Assembly: GCF_006345805.1 (NCBI RefSeq) | Contig: NC_043003.1 | Coordinates: 46,066,001 to 46,130,000 of the forward strand | Length of the DNA: 64,000 nucleotides | Direction of reading: 5' to 3' | Origin: Octopus sinensis | Taxonomy: Eukaryota | Shown here: piece by piece, positions 14,181 to 27,824 of the stretch | Layout of the letters: the number at the start of each line of letters is the position of its first letter | How positions within the stretch are numbered: position 1 is the stretch's first letter | The notes under the pieces: generated by a model | Databases searched by the model: none | What the model was told of the DNA's origin: nothing | What the model saw: only the letters and a program-made list of their open reading frames with translations | Program-made: the position numbers and the translations under genes

Positions 14181-14379
14181 TACTACCTTCACTGACGCCA
14201 TTAATAAATGCTAAAATAATTCCCCTACGTTATTCCCCTCTGCAGTTATTACTACACTACTACTAGTAAACCAGCGATTCAACCACTATCACCACCACCA
14301 CCAATACCATTTATCTAGCGATAGTTTAAAACAACAAACACTAACATTACCATCGTTGGCATCATTAATAACTATTAAA

Positions 14380-14820
14380 ATATTGATTTCAAATTTTGAC
14401 ACAAGGCCAGCAATTTCGCGGGAGGAGGTAATTGATTATATTGACCCCAGTGCTGAAATGGTTCTTATTTTTTCGACCCCGATAGAATGATAAGCAACGT
14501 CGGCCACAGTGGAATTTAATCTCAGAACGAAAAGACCGACGAAATGTAACTAAGCATGTTGTCCGGCGTGCTAACGATTCTGCCATTGCGGTATTGCTAC
14601 TACTACCGTCTTTTAAGGATTTATTGACGACAACAATAAATCCTTAAAATTCTTTCAATTTTTTGTGCAAGGCCTGCAACTCTGAGGTGGTATAGGGAGC
14701 AACTCAGTTATTGACACCGAAAGGATGAAAGGCAAAATTGACTTCGGCAGGATTTGAACTCTGAAATTAAAGAGTTGGACGTAACTCCGCAAAGATTTTC
14801 GTCGCCTCTACTAACTCCAC
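14380..14820 (-). mobile_element. Two degraded SINE family A copies
   Basis: Reverse complement of the core (TCGACCCCGATAGAATGA; GACACCGAAAGGATGAAAGGCAAA) and head. Confidence 0.78.
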
Positions 14821-15952
14821 TGTTGTTCCCACACCTTGACAATACCATCGATAGAACCACCACCAGAACCCCCCACTACTATCACAAGCACATCTACCAC
14901 CACCTATACTCTAACTCTACGTGAAAATCATTAACACCAACACCAATACAAGCATTTTCACTGATGTTTATGCTTTGTCACCACAAAACCGAATGCTATG
15001 TATTTGGGATACAGTATATATGTTGAAGATGCAGCTACACCTCTTCGAATACAGGAACCGGTATGTCATCAAGAAATAAAATTGCTCCATAAGTAATCCT
15101 GCCACTTCCATCGTGACACTAGAGTTATCCGAGGCCACCTACTGACGCAGTGTGAAAATTCCTGCACAACACCACATAATTAGTTGAGCCACATGATGTG
15201 ATTCAGAGTCTGCATCTAATTAAGTAACCGATAATTCTATCAGAATAGATCCGTAACCAAAGAGTTCCTCGAAGCTGGTGTCTACATATAGTATTCATAT
15301 TGCTTCACTTTGTTCTCATTTTAAGTTTAAAACATAAAATAATTAAATAGCATGGTTTTGTTTTTATTACATTTCGATTTTTAACTCATAGATTTACGAG
15401 CTAACTGTAAATTTCTTTTTAATTGTGTTTTGATTTTAAATACAAATAGATTTATGTTTCCTATAAAAATTCGCTTTTATTGTTTCGATTTTTCAAACAC
15501 AAGATATAAATAATTTACTTTAAAACTACATTTTTGTTCTTTGATTTCAAATGCAAACTAAAAATTGTAGAATAAATTTAGAACTATTTTGTATGTGTCC
15601 TGTTCTTCCTAACCTTTGAACCCAGGCAGGCCCCAGTCAGTACAACCGTAGTAGATATCTGCTTGTAATACAATCATTATCGCTCTAAGAATAGAATACA
15701 CATGGCCGGATTTGATGCTTGTGAGATTCTAAGCTATAAAAGATTCAAGGATCGAAAGTAAAAAATTATGCAATTTCTTTTTTGTTTTTAAATAGCTTAC
15801 ATCAGGATACGTTTATACGCGCATAATCTTTCTATTACTATTTACTATTGATTGTTTATGTACTTTAAAAAGCCCCCGACAGACTAACACACCTCGTCTA
15901 TGTGTATTCGACTTCATATATGTGTGTGTATGAATGTGTATACATATATGTA

Positions 15953-16316
15953 TGTTCCCAACTACAAAGTTTCGGGTTCAGTCCCACTGCGTGGCATCTT
16001 GGGCAAGTGTCTAGTATAGACTCGGGGCGACCGAAGCCTTGTGAGTGGAATTAATAAACAAAAACTGAAAGAAGTTCGACTTGGATACATGCACATTTAT
16101 GTGTGTTTCTTTGTGTGTGTGTATGTCACCCACCACAGTTTGACAAACGGTGTTGGTGCGTTTACGTCTCCGTAACTTAGAAGTTTGACAAAACTAACCC
16201 GTTAGAATATGGGCCTGGCTCTAAAAAACAAGCAGTGCGGTAGATTCACTTAACTAAAATACTTGAAGACGTTGCCCCAGCATGGCCTCTGTCTAACGAC
16301 TGAAATAAGTGAAAGA
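15953..16316 (+). mobile_element. SINE family C (tRNA head, internal microsatellite, CR1-like 3' tail)
   Basis: GGGTTCAGTCCCACTGCGTGGCATCTTGGGCAAGTG ... internal (TG)n ... TGCCCCAGCATGGCC ... GACTGAAA. Confidence 0.82.
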
Positions 16317-16561
16317 ATATATATATATATAAGAATGTCATAGGGAAATCATTTTCAAAAATGTAACTACACGTGAACTGTTGGTGATTTTCTCCTCCTT
16401 TTTCCTTCTCTTTTCGGCTCTCCTATGTCCCCAGTTTCCGAAGAAGAGCTATGCTCGAAACGATGAACAACCAGTCTTTCCTTCCCTGCATGTCTTGTTA
16501 ATACTTTGCATGTACTACGTCCTAGGGTTGTTGATCTTTCTCTCCATATTTTAATCAACTA

Positions 16562-16740
<179 letters not shown>

Positions 16741-17059
16741 TCAGAGAGAGAGAGAAATGAGGGGAGAGTGGGAGGGAGAGAGAGAGAGAGTTCTAGTTTC
16801 TTATAATCTAGCAGATCACTTCTAATTTAGCTCCAATTTCAATAATCTGGATCTCTTTGACAATTTTTCCTATTCATACAAAACAATAAAAATGCATGTG
16901 AGCGTGTTCATAACAAGTTTCCAGCATGTTCACTTCCTGAATAAGGCTCAGTTGGCGCCTGACTGTTCATTCATCACTCTTGCTGTATTATTTTTAACAT
17001 AACAATTTCACTTTTTTGTAATTTATAGTTCCATTTTCTCAAATTATACCTAACGCGTG

Positions 17060-17480
17060 AGAATACTTGTTTTTAATACAATGATTGCTATATCGATATC
17101 AGAACTCATCCCTACCCCAAAATTATATGAATGAATATTTTTACGCAACACCGTCCCTTTATTAATGAGGTAGTAGAGTAGCATTTTCATCCGTCCAATT
17201 CTTTGTTCGCCGCAGTAATTGGAAAGCATTTTTTCTGCTTTTTCGTGCAGACCGTTTTCAACCCTCATATGCCCGTCTATGAGAATCACACCTGTAATGC
17301 AATTAAAGGACAACACCTATGTTTTTACTATGCAATATTTGTGTAGCTTTCTTTGTTTGATGTGGAGAGCAGTGCCATGGCGTGGATTTTGGCTGCCATG
17401 TGCTGCATCCAAACTGCTCAGCCCTTTCTTAAATGTAATATCCCCTCGTTACAGCAAATATTACTGCAAATACATGCATA
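17060..17480 (-). pseudogene. Possible piggyBac-type transposase remnant
   Basis: EKAEKMLSNYCGEQRIGRMKMLLYYLIN resembles the piggyBac VDxADQMLSxY..R..KWxxxLFYYLxD segment, and upstream MALLST resembles VxMLST. The match is weak and degraded. Confidence 0.4.
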
Positions 17481-17603
17481 CTTTCACAAACACACAGACA
17501 CACACACACACACACCACACACACATGACAGAATTAAATAGACGCCATTATAATCATTAAGATTTATTTAAATTTAAAATTATATATTCAAATTATTTGT
17601 TAA

Positions 17604-18660
17604 TTGTTATAATGTGAACGCTTAATATTTAGTAGACATACCCTTTGCATTTTTCAATGCAAGGACCCTATTAGGCATGTTACTGGCAAGATTCATGCAG
17701 TAATCTCAAAAGATCTAGCTTTGGAGATGCTTTCTTGTTCTTTCTATGAAATGTCCTGTCCGTTATGTCCCAGAGATGTTCAATAGGGTTTTTATCAAGT
17801 GAATGGCTTGGCCATGGAAGCTTTTTAATGCCATTCTCATCCAACATGTCTTGGGTCATTTTAGCTGTGTGGCAAGGAGATCCCTCTTCCATAAACGAAG
17901 AGTCTTATTTAATCATTTCACCACGGGAGAAGATTGGAGGGAATCCTTTCTGATATATGGACACATATTTAACTAAGTTTATGTTTCCCTCACACTCCAC
18001 CAGCTCTGATCAACCATTGCTCCAAATTGCTTCCCAGACCATCACAGAATAACTGCCGTGTTTCGTAGTTACAATCTTTTCCCATCAAATTCTTGATCAT
18101 AGAGTCTCCAGACCAACACTCGAGCACTCTCAGGAAATAGAACAAATCTGGACTCATCAGAGAATATGACAATGTCCCAAAATGCTAGTGGCCTTTCTAC
18201 TATCTCACTGGCCCAATCTTTTCTCCGCTTGATGTTGGGTGTACGAATACGTAGCTTCCTTCTTGCTGCTCTACCAAGTAACCAAGTTTGTGAAGATATC
18301 TCACAGCTGTTCTGGGACTGACATCAACATCTTCTGCTATGTCAGAGACCTTCTCTTAGTATTGAGAATGGTCCTGTCAGAGCGCCCTGGTTGATCTGGG
18401 TGAGGTGATGTGGACTCGTTTACCTCTCTGGGGAATTGCGCAATCATTCTAATAACTGTAGAAAGTGGGATCCCAAGGTTTTCTGGAATTTCACGCTGAC
18501 TATGTCCATCTTCAGACTGGCCCACAATACGACCTCTTTGAAATTCAGACAGTTCCAAGGCTTCTTTTGTACATGGCATGATTAAAGTAACATATAGAAC
18601 CTGAAACATAAAAATGTAAATTAATAAAAAATATAAACCGTTACAAATTATAACAAACCT
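17604..18660 (-). mobile_element. Tc1/mariner (Tc1-like DDE) transposon relic with disrupted transposase
   Basis: N-terminal HTH ELSEFQRGRIVG..SQREI..NLGIPLSTV, then FSDESRF (first D), then CHTAK..WPSHSLDKNPIEHLW, with stops and frameshifts. A degraded inverted repeat TTGTTATAAT(G/T)TG(T)AACG lies near 17604 and 18639-18656. Confidence 0.88.
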
Positions 18661-18879
18661 AAAACAATGCTTTATATGTTGTCTATTTATTTCTGTCATG
18701 TGTGTGTGTGCGTGTGATCAAGACTCCTCATCACAACCGTCCAACGAACGGAAACGTGAAACTTTGAATAATAGCCTTGTGATGATTTTATTACTTCAAT
18801 AAAAAATCATATTACTCTGCCTTCGGTATTCGAATTCTATTTATCTTCATCTTCCTTTGCATTTATGTGCTTTCTCGTG

Positions 18880-18913
<34 letters not shown>

Positions 18914-19029
18914 AAGTGAACGCCCAGTGCAACCTGACCCCTTGTATGTCCCACGCTTTGCCATGAATGGGGCATAAACTGCAGGTTTTTTGATAACTGG
19001 AATTAGTCATAAAATAAAATGAAGAAATA

Positions 19030-19264
19030 TATTTTTCTTTACTGCCCACAAGGGGCTAAACATAGAAGGGACAAACAAGTACAGACAAAGGGATTAAGTC
19101 GGTTACATCGACCTCAGTGCGAAACTGGTACTTAATTTATCGACCCCGAAAGGATGAAAGGCAAAGTCGACCTCGGCGGAATTTGAACTGAGAACGTAAC
19201 GACAGATGAAATACTGCTAAGCAATTCGCCCGGCGTGCTAACGTTTCTGCCAGCTCGCCGCCTT
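19030..19264 (-). mobile_element. SINE family A, full monomer with long tail
   Basis: Well-conserved head AAGGCGGCGAGCTGGCAGAAACGTTAGCACGCCGGGCG, core, and tail CTTAATCCCTTTGTCTG...AGCCCCTGTGGGCAGTAAAG. Confidence 0.9.
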
Positions 19265-19410
19265 CAGGTGCCAAAGCAGACTACAGAGCAATGAGAAAAA
19301 ATTGTTATGACCTCTTCAATATGTCTTCAAGAACCCCTTTGGTGATAAATGCACAGATGCACTTCCTTGGGTTTAAATTTATGGCTACAACATAACAATA
19401 GAATATATGT

Positions 19411-19731
19411 GCGAGGGCGCGTGGCTTAGTGGTTAGGGCATTCGGCTCATGATCGTAAGGTTGTGAGTTCGATTCCCGGCGACGCGTTGTGTCCTTGAGC
19501 AAGACAATTTATTTCACGTTGCTCCAGTCCACTCAGCTGGCAAAAATGAGCTGTACTTGTATTTCAAAGGGTCAGCCTTGTCACTCTCTGTGTCACGCTG
19601 ATTATCCCCGAGAACTACGTTAAAGGTACACGTGTCTGTGGAATGCTCAGCCATTTGCACGTTAATTTCACGAGCAAACTGTTCCGTTGATCGTATCAGC
19701 TGGGACCCTCGTCGTCGTAACCGGCGGAGTC
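19411..19731 (+). mobile_element. SINE family B, tail type 1, well conserved
   Basis: A-box TGGCTTAGTGGTTAG, B-box GAGTTCGATTCCC, core GTGTCCTTGAGCAAGACAATTT...CCACTCAGCTGGCAAAAATGAG. Confidence 0.9.
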
Positions 19732-20831
19732 TTTTTTTTTTAAGAATATATGTATTGCATATAGTACAATGCATGCTGTGACTATTTAAAGATTGTAGAC
19801 CTTAATTTTTGTAAGTTCTGTGAAATATTAAATGTTTTGATTGTATACATTTTTATCCTATTCTGTTTATAATTCATAAGATAGATACCTTCAAAAAAAA
19901 AAATCAACTATAAAACGCAAAGCATGACTAAAATTAATGCTACTTTAATTTAACGTACCAGTATCGAAAGACTAACGCATTTTGAAATTTGTAATTCAAA
20001 AGTTGCTGTTTTTCTTCCAGTTGGAAAATATAAACATATAAATGAATATACTTGAGGAATATATGGCAAAATGTCGTTTCATATTCAGCTATTATATTAC
20101 CTTCAATTTCTCGCTTTTAGCACGTTTTTCGCTCTTATTCTCAACAAATTCAGCTCCTTTTGAAAATTCTTCATTTAGCAGTACAGAAGAAAAAAAGACT
20201 TTAAGTTAATCTAGATAGGGATAACACAAAAAGACGGGTTGGTTGTAGATTCACGTCCTCGATTAGGCTGAGAGGTCGGGGGCTAAACGGCAGCAGCAAC
20301 AACAACGATAACGCAAATCGTACAAACAACAAAAACAATCGCAAACGACACTAGCATAAACAATAAGAACCACAGCAAGAACCAAAATATTACCATCGAC
20401 ACTAAAAGCACTCGAAATATCAAATACATCAGCAACACTTTTAGTTTATTACAAGCCCATTACCACCACCACCACCAACAACAACAACAACGCCACCACC
20501 ATCACTACCATTACGACAACTGCTGCTGTTAGTATTACTACTACTACTACTACTACTACAAAGACCACCACTACTACTAACACTACTACTAACGCCACTA
20601 CTACTCCTACTACTACTACTAATGAGATATTAATCTACAAACAAATGTAATGGCATGGTTCTGAAAACATCAAAGAGATTCGGCTATGAGTAAGTCACTT
20701 TATGTTCAGGTTACGTGGTAAATGAATAGCATATGGTATGCAATGAGATGGGTGGGGGTATTTTGATATCACTGCTGGATAGAAAATTGGTGGTTATATA
20801 GACTGACACACAGACATTCAAATAGATAGAT

Positions 20832-20876
<45 letters not shown>

Positions 20877-20891
20877 TATAGATAGATAGAT

Positions 20892-20929
<38 letters not shown>

Positions 20930-21103
20930 TGGACAGTTACATGCATAAGCATATAGGCGGATGTATAAATACATTAAAACACACATTTATGTGTGTTTAT
21001 GTATGTGCGTTTGTACATTGATATATATATATGCGTGTACATGTGTACACGCACACACACGCACACACACACGCACACACACACACAACACACACACACA
21101 CAC

Positions 21104-21142
<39 letters not shown>

Positions 21143-21619
21143 TATATATATACATATTATATATATATATATATATATATATCCTCGTTAATTTAGCCAT
21201 GCTTACCTCTATATTGATATTCACATAGAAAGACAAATTTAGGCATCGTTGAATGGTCAAGGTGTTTAATTCCTAACCAAGAAGTCCCGGTTTCGATACA
21301 ACCGCGAGAAACGTTCGTCTCGTTTCTCTACTAAAGCTTCGGTCAACCTAAAATTTTGAGTGAAATTGAATAGAAAGAAGCTGTAGAATCACTTCGAGTT
21401 GATTTTAACCACAGGTCCGGACTTGTCGCGCTATATCATGTAGATTCTGTTCGAGAATTACATTAGGGTTCAAGTACCAGCTGAATACTCAGCCACTTAT
21501 GTCGTTAAATTAATGAGTGGATCATACAATTGATAGAAAAACTGGTCAACACATACGTCGAAATTGACGAGAGAGTCCATGTATTGCATGAATGCATTTA
21601 TGCATGTGTGCATAAATGG

Positions 21620-21784
21620 TTGTGGATGGCTGTGTCTGTAAGAAGCTTGTTTTGCAACCATGCCCTTCGGGTTCGGTCCCACTATGCAGCAACCTGGGCA
21701 AGTGACTTTTACTATAACCCCCGAGCCAGCAATAAATTGCGGATCAGTTTCGTAGACGGAAACAGTGTAGAATTACGTTGTATA

Positions 21785-21815
<31 letters not shown>

Positions 21816-22090
21816 TGTATGTATGTATGTATGTATGTAGTATGTATGTATGTATGTACGTGTAGGTGGGGTGGTGTGTTGGTGTTCGTCTTTCCCCGTC
21901 ATCACCACTTGTCAGTTGGTGTTGGTTTGTTTATGTCCCATTCATTAGGCGGTTTGGCAAAGGATACTGATTTGATTAGTAAGATATTTGGGAAATGAGT
22001 ACTGAAATCGATTTGTTCTATTAAGCACTTGGAAGCGATGCCCCAGCATGGTCGCAGCCCAATTACTGAATGAAGTAATAGATATGAAAA
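21620..22090 (+). mobile_element. SINE family C with internal (TATG)n
   Basis: Head TGGCTGTGTCTGTAAGAAGCTTG...GGGTTCGGTCCCAC; internal (TATG)n at 21787-21858; tail TGCCCCAGCATGGTCGCAG. Confidence 0.8.
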
Positions 22091-22384
22091 GGAAATAAAA
22101 TGCGAAAATGTGGATGTGTGAGTGTAATATGTGTATGTTTGTGCATGTATGTATGTATGTGTTTGTGTGTAAGTGTATGCATGTATGTATGTATGTATTT
22201 ATGTATGTATGTATGTATGTGTGTGTAAGTGTATGTATGTATGTATGTATGTATGTATGTATGTACATATGTATGTATACATGCACGCATGTATGTTGTG
22301 TGTATGTGTATGCATGTACGTACGTATTTATGTATGTATGTATGTATGTATGCATGTATGTTCTTTTTCTCTTTTCAATTTAGA

Positions 22385-22854
22385 GTAAATTTCGACCGGC
22401 CACCTACCTGGTGGCAAGGTTGTGAAGGAAAGCATCTTGCTTTCTTCATCATCCTTTTAATCTTTAGAAAGTTTTGCAAGTATTTGTAGTCCCAAATATC
22501 GTGGCCATTTGCAACGTATGAATTAGAGATTTGCCTTTCCTCCACATGATGCCAACTTCAGCTATACTTTGGTCCAGGCAGGTTGGTATACATCCAGTTA
22601 CTCCATTGATAATAGGTATGAAGTTGAAAGCCTCTCTTGGGTATCAGATTTGTAAATTCTTTATTAATAGTCCATAGAAGTCTTCTTTTTCTTGTATTTT
22701 TGTAACCAAATTAGTGACCAGAGGACAAATGATTTCTACAAAAGATCATATCATCCAACAGAACAATATCTGGCCTGTTGTATTTTAAATTAGTGGCTGG
22801 TTTAATTTTCAAGTTCCACCAATATTCCTTTGACTCATCCTTTTTCAATATCAT
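22385..22854 (-). mobile_element. 3' end of an RLE-type non-LTR retrotransposon (R4/Dong/NeSL-like): restriction-like endonuclease domain plus 3' UTR
   Basis: My translation (one frameshift, one stop) gives WWNLKIKPATNLKYNRPDIVLLD / FVEIICPL.TNL..KIQEKEDFYG.L / FIPIINGVTGCIP..L / LQMATIFGT..CKTF*. This matches the RPD..E..P..K..Y..IPII.G..G pattern of RLE endonucleases. The stop is at 22464-66. Confidence 0.8.
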
Positions 22855-24210
22855 CAATTCGTCTGTTTATCTGTCTGTCTTATGTATGTATGTATGTATG
22901 TATGTATGTATGTATGTATGTATGTATGCATTGTCATTATTCAGTTTTATTCCAAGATTTCTCGCCAATAGAGAAAGAGCCGGTTTTTAACCTATCCAAG
23001 ACTCCATTGGAATTTCAGAAATATCAACGGGACATTTTTGCATGTATTTGAGTATATGTGTAACATTTGGAATCATTGCATGTGCAGATTTGCATATTTT
23101 GTTTTATGTAGTCTCGTGTTGCTTGTCTAGACATGCTCATATATACTTAAATGACAAATTTCACGGATTTTTAGAGTTCCAGCAGTAGTTTCGGTCTGTA
23201 GTCTTCGAATCAGCTTTCTCCTTTTTGGTTTGGAGAAGCCTAATGTCTCAAGATTGATACTTAGACAGTGTGCTACATATGTGTGTGTGTATGTATGTAT
23301 TTATGTATGTATGTATGTATGTATCCCTGTATGTATGTATCCATGTAGTTATGTATGTATGTGTGTGTGTAAGTATGTATGTGTGTATATATGTATGTAT
23401 GTATATATGTATTTATGTATGCATGTATATATGTATTTATGTATGTATGTATGAATGTATATATGTATATATGTATATACGTATGTATGTATATATGTAT
23501 GTATGCATATATGTATATAATGTATTTATTTATGTATGTATGTATGCATGCATGTATGGTAGGTAATATATGAAACAAAAATGAACTAAAAAAAATCATT
23601 CAGAATAGCCAACGACAATTTTGAATAAGGTATATTGATGTATTGAATAACACGCTAGATAAAAAAGGTGTAGATCATTTGCTTCGTTGCAACAGATACC
23701 AACTAAATGTGAAAGCCAAAGATAATCTAATCAATCGAGTATCCTCCAAAATTGACACACCATTCAGGAATGACCATAAGAGGGCTACTGCGGAACTATC
23801 CTTCTTTTTCAATAGGCAGCCACATCGTATATGATATATTTTTCAGTGCCTGGAAGTACTATTTTCTTTATGTTCTGTACCACTGTGTATGTCTGTCTTT
23901 GGTTTACTGCACACAATATCTGTAAGAGACACAATAATGCTATTGTAAGTTTGTTGTGAGCACTTCTAAGTCTTCGTGTTTTGTTTATATATTTATCTGC
24001 ATACCTTTTATCCTTCCAATGGCACCTATAACCATTGTCACAGTTTTTTTTTCTTTGTAGCTACACATTCTGGTTAACTCTCTTTTTAACGCCTTTACAC
24101 TTTGATAGAATCTGCACTTCTTTTCGTGACATTATCATCTGTTGAATATGCATTTGTGGTTGTCTGTAACAATATAACCAGTGGTAGTGGTAATGATGGT
24201 GGTGGTGGTG

Positions 24211-24259
<49 letters not shown>

Positions 24260-25066
24260 CAGCAGCAGCAGTAGTAGTAGTAGTTGTTGTTGTTGTTGTA
24301 GTAGTAGTAGTAGTAGTAGTAGTAGTTGCTGTTGTTGTTGCTGCTTTATCTTTGTTATATCCAATATAAAGTGTTACAAGTGGGTTGAACTTTGAGATCT
24401 GGAGAGCAGAATACATGAAAGAAAGAAAGAAAGAAAGAATGAAAGAAAGAAAGAAAGAAACACACAAACAAAACAGTGCCAGGGACAGTGTTAGTATGAA
24501 AGGAGAGGAAAAGACAGACATGCAAAGCCCAAAGACAGAGTGAGCGAGTGGGAAAGAAAGACAGAAAGGAAAAAGAAAGAAAGGAAAAAGAAAGAAAGAA
24601 TAAAAGAAAGGAAAAGGAAGAAAGGAAAAAGAACGAAAGAAAGGGGAGTGAATGCAAGAGTCACAGCTATGTGACTAATGTCTTCGTATAATTTCCAAAT
24701 AGTTTAGGATTTGATATAATATTAAACAGTGTGGAATTGTCTGGGGAATTTCTGCTGGAACAGTTTTCGAACCTGTGAACTAGGATTGGAATATTTAAAC
24801 AAACATTCGAAAAAATTGGAAGTTCGTAAGTGGTCGCTTAACAAAATCTCTGTCAAATACCCCACCAACAGTTATTTCTTTAAAAAGAATGTGCAAAGGA
24901 TACAGTGGCCCTGAGATACAATATACTGAAAAAAAACAGGACGACAAATAGACACAGGAAAGTCACGGGTGGAACAAGTTTGATCACGCCTCATCTTTAT
25001 CAGCTCTGAAATGAGATGATTCAATGGCTGCTCTATAGAAATCCTATCTTAATATTTACGTTTTCT

Positions 25067-25778
25067 AAGGCGGCGAAACGTTCTGAGTTCAATTCCGCCT
25101 AGGTCGAGTTTGCCTTTCATCCTTTCGGGGCCGATAAATTAAGTACCAGTTGCATACTGGGGTCGATCTAATCGACTGGTTCCCTCCGCCCAAAATTTCG
25201 GTCCTTGTGCCTAGAATAGAAAAGAATATTTACGTTTACTTTAAAGCGGCGAACTGGCAGAATCGTTAGCACGCCGGACAAAATGCTTAGCGGTAATTCG
25301 TCCGTTTTTTTACTTCTGAGTTCAAATAAATAAAATAAGTACCAGTTGAACTCAGGGGTCGATGTAACCGACTAACCCCCCCCCCCCGAACTGCTGGCCT
25401 TGTGCCAAAATTCGAAAGTATTTTCACAGTATTCTGTAAGTCGGCGAGCTGACAGAATCTTTTTCACGCCGACCAAATGCTTAGCATTTCGTCTGTTTTT
25501 TCATCCTTTGCCTTTCATCCTTTCGAGGTCGATAAAATAAGTACCTGCTTAACGCTGGGGCCGATGTAATCGACTTAACTACTCCCCCGATATTACTGGC
25601 CTTATGCCAGAATTTGAAACCGATATTTACGTTTACTGTAAACGTAACTGTTGTTAGAATTGTTAGCACGCCGGACAAATAGCTTAGCGGCATTTCGTCC
25701 GTCTGCACGTTCTGAATTCAAATTATGCCGAGATCGACTTTTCCTTTCATCCTTCCTAGGTCGATAAAATAAGTACCA
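25067..25778 (+). mobile_element. Cluster of about four head-to-tail SINE family A copies
   Basis: Repeated head and core starting near 25067, 25244, 25438 and 25650. Confidence 0.85.
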
Positions 25779-26160
25779 GGTGCAGGAGTGTCTGTGTGGT
25801 ACGAAGCTTGCTTCCCAATCGCATGGTTCCTGGCTCAGTCCCTTTGTGTGGCACCTTGGGAAAGTATCTTGTACTATAGCCTCGGCCAACCAAATCTTTG
25901 TGAGTGGATTTGGCAGATGGAAACTGAAAGCTCGTCGTATATATATGTATGTATCTATCTATTTATGTATGCATTTGTGTGTCTGTGTTTGTCCCACCAC
26001 CACCACCACCACCACCACCATCGCTTGACAACCGAGGTTGGTTTGTTTACGTCCCCGTAATTTATCGGTTCGGCAAAGACTAAATCCTGGGATCGATTAG
26101 TTCGACTAAAGGCAGTGCTCCAGCATAGCTGCAGTCAAATGACTAAAACAAGTAAAAGAG
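25779..26160 (+). mobile_element. SINE family C
   Basis: GTGCAGGAGTGTCTGTGTGG ... GTGCTCCAGCATAGCTGCAGTCAAATGACTAAAACAAGTAAAAGAG. Confidence 0.85.
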
Positions 26161-26558
26161 TATTAGACTTACTCCTTTCTTCGAAATTGCTGGCCTTGTG
26201 CCAACATTTGAAACTGATATTTACGTTTACTCTGTTATTCTGTTATTAATTATGCATTCTGGGTTTCAATTCCAGCAATATAAACAGAGTCGGACACACC
26301 AGTACCTGTGATATTATAAGGGCCGATTTAATCAACTCTGTCACATCTCTACATATGTTTGACCTAGTGCCGGAAAGAAAAACTAATTTATTTTGTCTAT
26401 TTCTCAACTTGTTTATATATCTCTTCCATCTTTCTGAGTCCAATTAACGGTTAAACGGAAGAAAATTGTGTAAACATTATGAATATTTCTCATTTTGTTT
26501 CATATAACGGACACAGCCTTCGCCGCCACCACTACACACACACACACACGCACACACA

Positions 26559-26597
<39 letters not shown>

Positions 26598-26910
26598 ACA
26601 ATCTTCGTGGCTACGCCCATACATAGTCATATGAAATGAATGGTGTCTATTTACTATTGAGATACCTGTTTGTAAGTTACATAAATATATATACGTATGC
26701 ATGTATATGTATGTATGAATAATTTATATAATATATATATATATATATGTATGTATACACATATACAGATTTATATATATATATATATACACATGTACAC
26801 ACATACATATATATATATATATATAAGTACGTATAAACTCAAACGCATGTCTAAACATAACTACACCTAATATAGATAGATAGATATATAGATAGATAGA
26901 TAGACAGATG

Positions 26911-26972
<62 letters not shown>

Positions 26973-27447
26973 GGTGGGGAGGGAGGGAGGGAGGGAGAGA
27001 GAGAGAGAGAGATTGGGTTATAGACTAGCAAGTATGTTAGTGCATGTTTGACTAGATAACTTTATCATCTGCAATGAATGTATCTTCAGTCCCATTATAA
27101 TGTGTCATGATCGTTGCAGCACATAGGCACAGATTATTTATGATGTCATTACAAAATTTTTCTTTTTTTATAACATAATTTGGTCATATTTAGACGTAAC
27201 TTCGCCGGCACAGTACCGTGGCCATGGACACATAAAATGACCCTTTGTATATGTATATAGTTATCTTTGTTTAAATGTAAACGAGAATTTGTAAGGTTGT
27301 AAATATTTATCAAACAGAATGTATTTCTTTTTATTACTATTTTGTAATCGTTTTTGGTGTCCATATTGTTTTTTTAATCCTATAGTTCTTGTTTTTAATA
27401 CCAGCTGTCCAAATGTTATAATTTTTGCAGTTATTATTGTAATCTTT

Positions 27448-27770
27448 AAGGTGGCGAGCTGGCAAAATCGTTAGCACGCCGGGCGAAATGCTTAGCAATA
27501 TTTCGTCTGTCTTTGCGTTCGGAGTTCAAATTCCGCCGAGGTCGACTTTGCCTTTAATCCTTTCGGGGTCGATAAATTAAGTATTAGTTGCGTTTCGGGA
27601 TTGATCTAATCGACTGGCTCCCTCCCCCAAAATTTCGGGCTTTATGCCTAGAGGAGAAAAGAATCGTTAGCACACCTGGTGAAATACTTAGCGGTACTTC
27701 GTCTGCCGTTACGTTCTGAGTTCAAATTCCACTGAAGTCGACTTTGCTTTGCATCCTTCTGAGTCGTCTG
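27448..27770 (+). mobile_element. Two tandem SINE family A copies
   Basis: Head and core as above. Confidence 0.87.
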
Positions 27771-27824
27771 CAGGCCGTGGTTGAAGCCAGTGGCGATTTC
27801 ATTGAATAAGATTATATATATGTA

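Noticed and set aside
18140-18165. CTGATGA on the minus strand
   Set aside because: It is the SDES codons of the Tc1 transposase and has no ribozyme stems.
19411-19490. tRNA-like heads with A and B boxes
   Set aside because: They continue into SINE cores and do not close a cloverleaf acceptor stem, so they are not tRNA genes.
23170-23225. Minus-strand CTGATTCGAAG..GACCGAAAC, hammerhead-like
   Set aside because: The core is not CUGAnGA and stem II does not pair; at best a decayed relic.
26246-27364. Short unique ORFs (26246-26443, 27149-27364; also 46112-46324 and 36425-36625)
   Set aside because: No recognisable motif, and their length is within chance expectation.
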